From assembly GCA_965223005.1 (NCBI GenBank), contig CBDCVK010000002.1:96001-160000 (forward strand): a DNA stretch of 64,000 bases, given 5' to 3'. The translations under genes and the position numbers were made by a program. Shown here in pieces: positions 62,225 through 64,000 of this stretch (the stretch's first letter is position 1; each line of letters begins with the position of its first letter). A model generated the notes under the pieces. It searched no databases. It was not told the DNA's origin and saw only the letters and a list, made by a program, of their open reading frames with translations. Origin of the DNA: Terriglobia bacterium (GTDB lineage: Bacteria > Acidobacteriota > Terriglobia > JAJPHL01 > JAPKYU01).

Positions 62225-64000
62225 ATGGTTGGCTCCAACCTCATACTAGAGTGTCTGCACCGGGAGGGAGCAGACGTCCTGTTTGGTTATCCCGGCGGCG
62301 TGGTCCTGCCTTTCTACGACAAGCTGGTGGGTGCGAAGCATCTGCTGCACGTGCTTGTGCGGCACGAGGAGAACGCCGTCTTTGCCGCCGACGGCTTCGC
62401 ACGAGCCAGCGGCCGGGTTGGTACCGCCATGGCCACCTCAGGCCCCGGGGCCACTAACATGGTGACGGGACTGACCAACGCGTTGATGGACTCCATCCCA
62501 GTGGTGGCGCTGACGGGCCAGGTCTCTACCAGTCTGATTGGCAACGATGCTTTCCAGGAAGCCGATACGGTCGGCATCAGCCGCCCTTGCACCAAGCATA
62601 ACTACCTAGTGAAGGACGTCCGGGAACTGCCGCGGGTGCTTAGAGAAGCCTTCCATATTGCCCGTACCGGCCGTCCTGGGCCAGTGCTGGTGGATGTGCC
62701 CAAGAACGTGTTTCTGGCCGAGGGCGGGGAATTCCGCTACCCAGACACCCTGAACCTGCCGGGCTATAAGCCCACCTATGAAGGTCACGAAGGCCAGATC
62801 AAGAAAGCCGTCCAGACCATCTGGGGGGCGCAGCGGCCGGTGATTTACGCCGGCGGCGGCGTGATCTCTTCCGAGGCCACCCCGCTGCTCAAGGAACTCG
62901 CCGAGATGCTGCAAGTGCCGGTGGGGCTGACGCTGATGGGACTGGGAGCCTTGCCCGGTGACCATCCGCTGTTCAACGGCATGCTAGGTATGCACGGCAC
63001 CTACTCAGCGAACCAGGCAATGGTGGGAACCGACCTGATGATCGCCATCGGCGTGCGGTTTGATGACCGCGTCACCGGCAAGCTGGAGGCTTTCGCCAAG
63101 CACGCCAAGATCATTCACATTGATATTGACCCGGTCGAAATCGGCAAGAACGTGACGGCGGACGTGCCGATCGTGGGCGACGTCAGCCGCGTGCTGACCA
63201 AGCTGAACCGGCGGGTGGCTGACTCGCTGTCGTCGCCACAGGGCGGGCAGAAGCACCTGGCCGAGCGGCAGGCGTGGCTCGAACGGGTGCACGGTTGGCA
63301 GCAAGAGCACCCGCTGGCCTATCAGGACCGGGACGGCGAAATCATGCCACAGCGGCTCTGTCAGGAGATTTCCAGCGCCGTGGACGGTGAGGGCATCATT
63401 GTGACCGACGTGGGACAGCACCAGATGTGGGGCGCGCAGTACATCAAGCTGCGCCACCCGCGCACCTGGCTCACCTCGGGCGGCCTGGGGGCCATGGGCT
63501 ACGGGCTGCCGGCAGCGATCGGCGCGCAATTTGCTCGCCCTGACCGCTGCGTGGTGGCGTTGCTGGGCGATGGCGGCTTCCAGATGAGCCTGCCGGAACT
63601 GGCCACCCTGGTTAGCTACCGCCTGCCCGTCAAGGTCATCGTCATGAACAACCTCTACCTAGGCATGGTGCGCCAGTGGCAGGAGCTCTTCTATGAGGGG
63701 CGCTACTCGTCCGTCGCGCTTGATGTGTTCCCCGACGCGAAAAAGCTGGGCGAAGCCTATGGTTTTCCGGGCCGCGTGGTGACTCATCCGGGGGAGCTGC
63801 GTGATGCCGTCCGGGAGACGCTGGCCGAACCGGGTCCGGTCCTTTTGGATGTGCGGGTGGAGCGGGAAGCAAACGTCTACCCGATGATCCCGGCTGGCGG
63901 CGCCTTGCAGGACATTATCGTGGACGAAAGAGCGGCCCGCAGTCTGACTACGGCGCGGCAGGCGCCGGCCGTAGTCGGTAGTGGCGGAGCCGGAGAGATG
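62225..64000 (+). CDS. ilvB: Acetolactate synthase large subunit, runs off window end (absent from ORF track)
   Basis: Read manually: FGYPGG, VRHEE, TSGPGATN, DAFQE, DVGQHQMW, TSGGLGAMG, GDGGFQM (TPP motif), GMVRQWQ. Confidence 0.95.
   Translation, partial: MVGSNLILECLHREGADVLFGYPGGVVLPFYDKLVGAKHLLHVLVRHEENAVFAADGFARASGRVGTAMATSGPGATNMVTGLTNALMDSIPVVALTGQVSTSLIGNDAFQEADTVGISRPCTKHNYLVKDVRELPRVLREAFHIARTGRPGPVLVDVPKNVFLAEGGEFRYPDTLNLPGYKPTYEGHEGQIKKAVQTIWGAQRPVIYAGGGVISSEATPLLKELAEMLQVPVGLTLMGLGALPGDHPLFNGMLGMHGTYSANQAMVGTDLMIAIGVRFDDRVTGKLEAFAKHAKIIHIDIDPVEIGKNVTADVPIVGDVSRVLTKLNRRVADSLSSPQGGQKHLAERQAWLERVHGWQQEHPLAYQDRDGEIMPQRLCQEISSAVDGEGIIVTDVGQHQMWGAQYIKLRHPRTWLTSGGLGAMGYGLPAAIGAQFARPDRCVVALLGDGGFQMSLPELATLVSYRLPVKVIVMNNLYLGMVRQWQELFYEGRYSSVALDVFPDAKKLGEAYGFPGRVVTHPGELRDAVRETLAEPGPVLLDVRVEREANVYPMIPAGGALQDIIVDERAARSLTTARQAPAVVGSGGAGEM

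Noticed and set aside
980-63872. Long antisense or alternate-frame ORFs in the track (e.g. 980-1957, 3264-4187, 13298-14206, 33549-34736, 63005-63529)
   Set aside because: They overlap well-supported genes and are expected shadows in high-GC coding DNA.
1-64000. CRISPR array, cas genes, rRNA, intact tRNA
   Set aside because: No regularly spaced repeats or such genes seen by eye.

Overview
GC-rich bacterial DNA, most likely Acidobacteriota (Solibacter/Bryobacter-like). This is inferred from a TIGR03437-type C-terminal domain, the HU sequence style and the DUF1501/PSD1 expansion. It holds three DUF1501 + PSD1 (DUF1549/DUF1553) cytochrome-c modules, one with a tandem DUF1501 duplicate. There is a sialidase-rich catabolic cluster (two Na+/solute symporters, atypical DHDPS-family lyase, class III aminotransferase, SDR), a small phage-like repressor switch without an integrase, and a tRNA-Glu 3' remnant. 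A plasticity zone at about 37.7-55 kb carries a solo attC cassette, many gene fragments, an IS5-family element, and a family of ~45-bp terminal-repeat-like motifs whose back-to-back pairs bracket cargo blocks, including a whole DUF1501/PSD1 operon. Two IS insertion sites look like chimeric consensus sequence (occupied and empty alleles mixed). The window ends inside ilvB. No CRISPR array, rRNA or intact tRNA was seen. All family calls come from motifs read by eye, not database searches.
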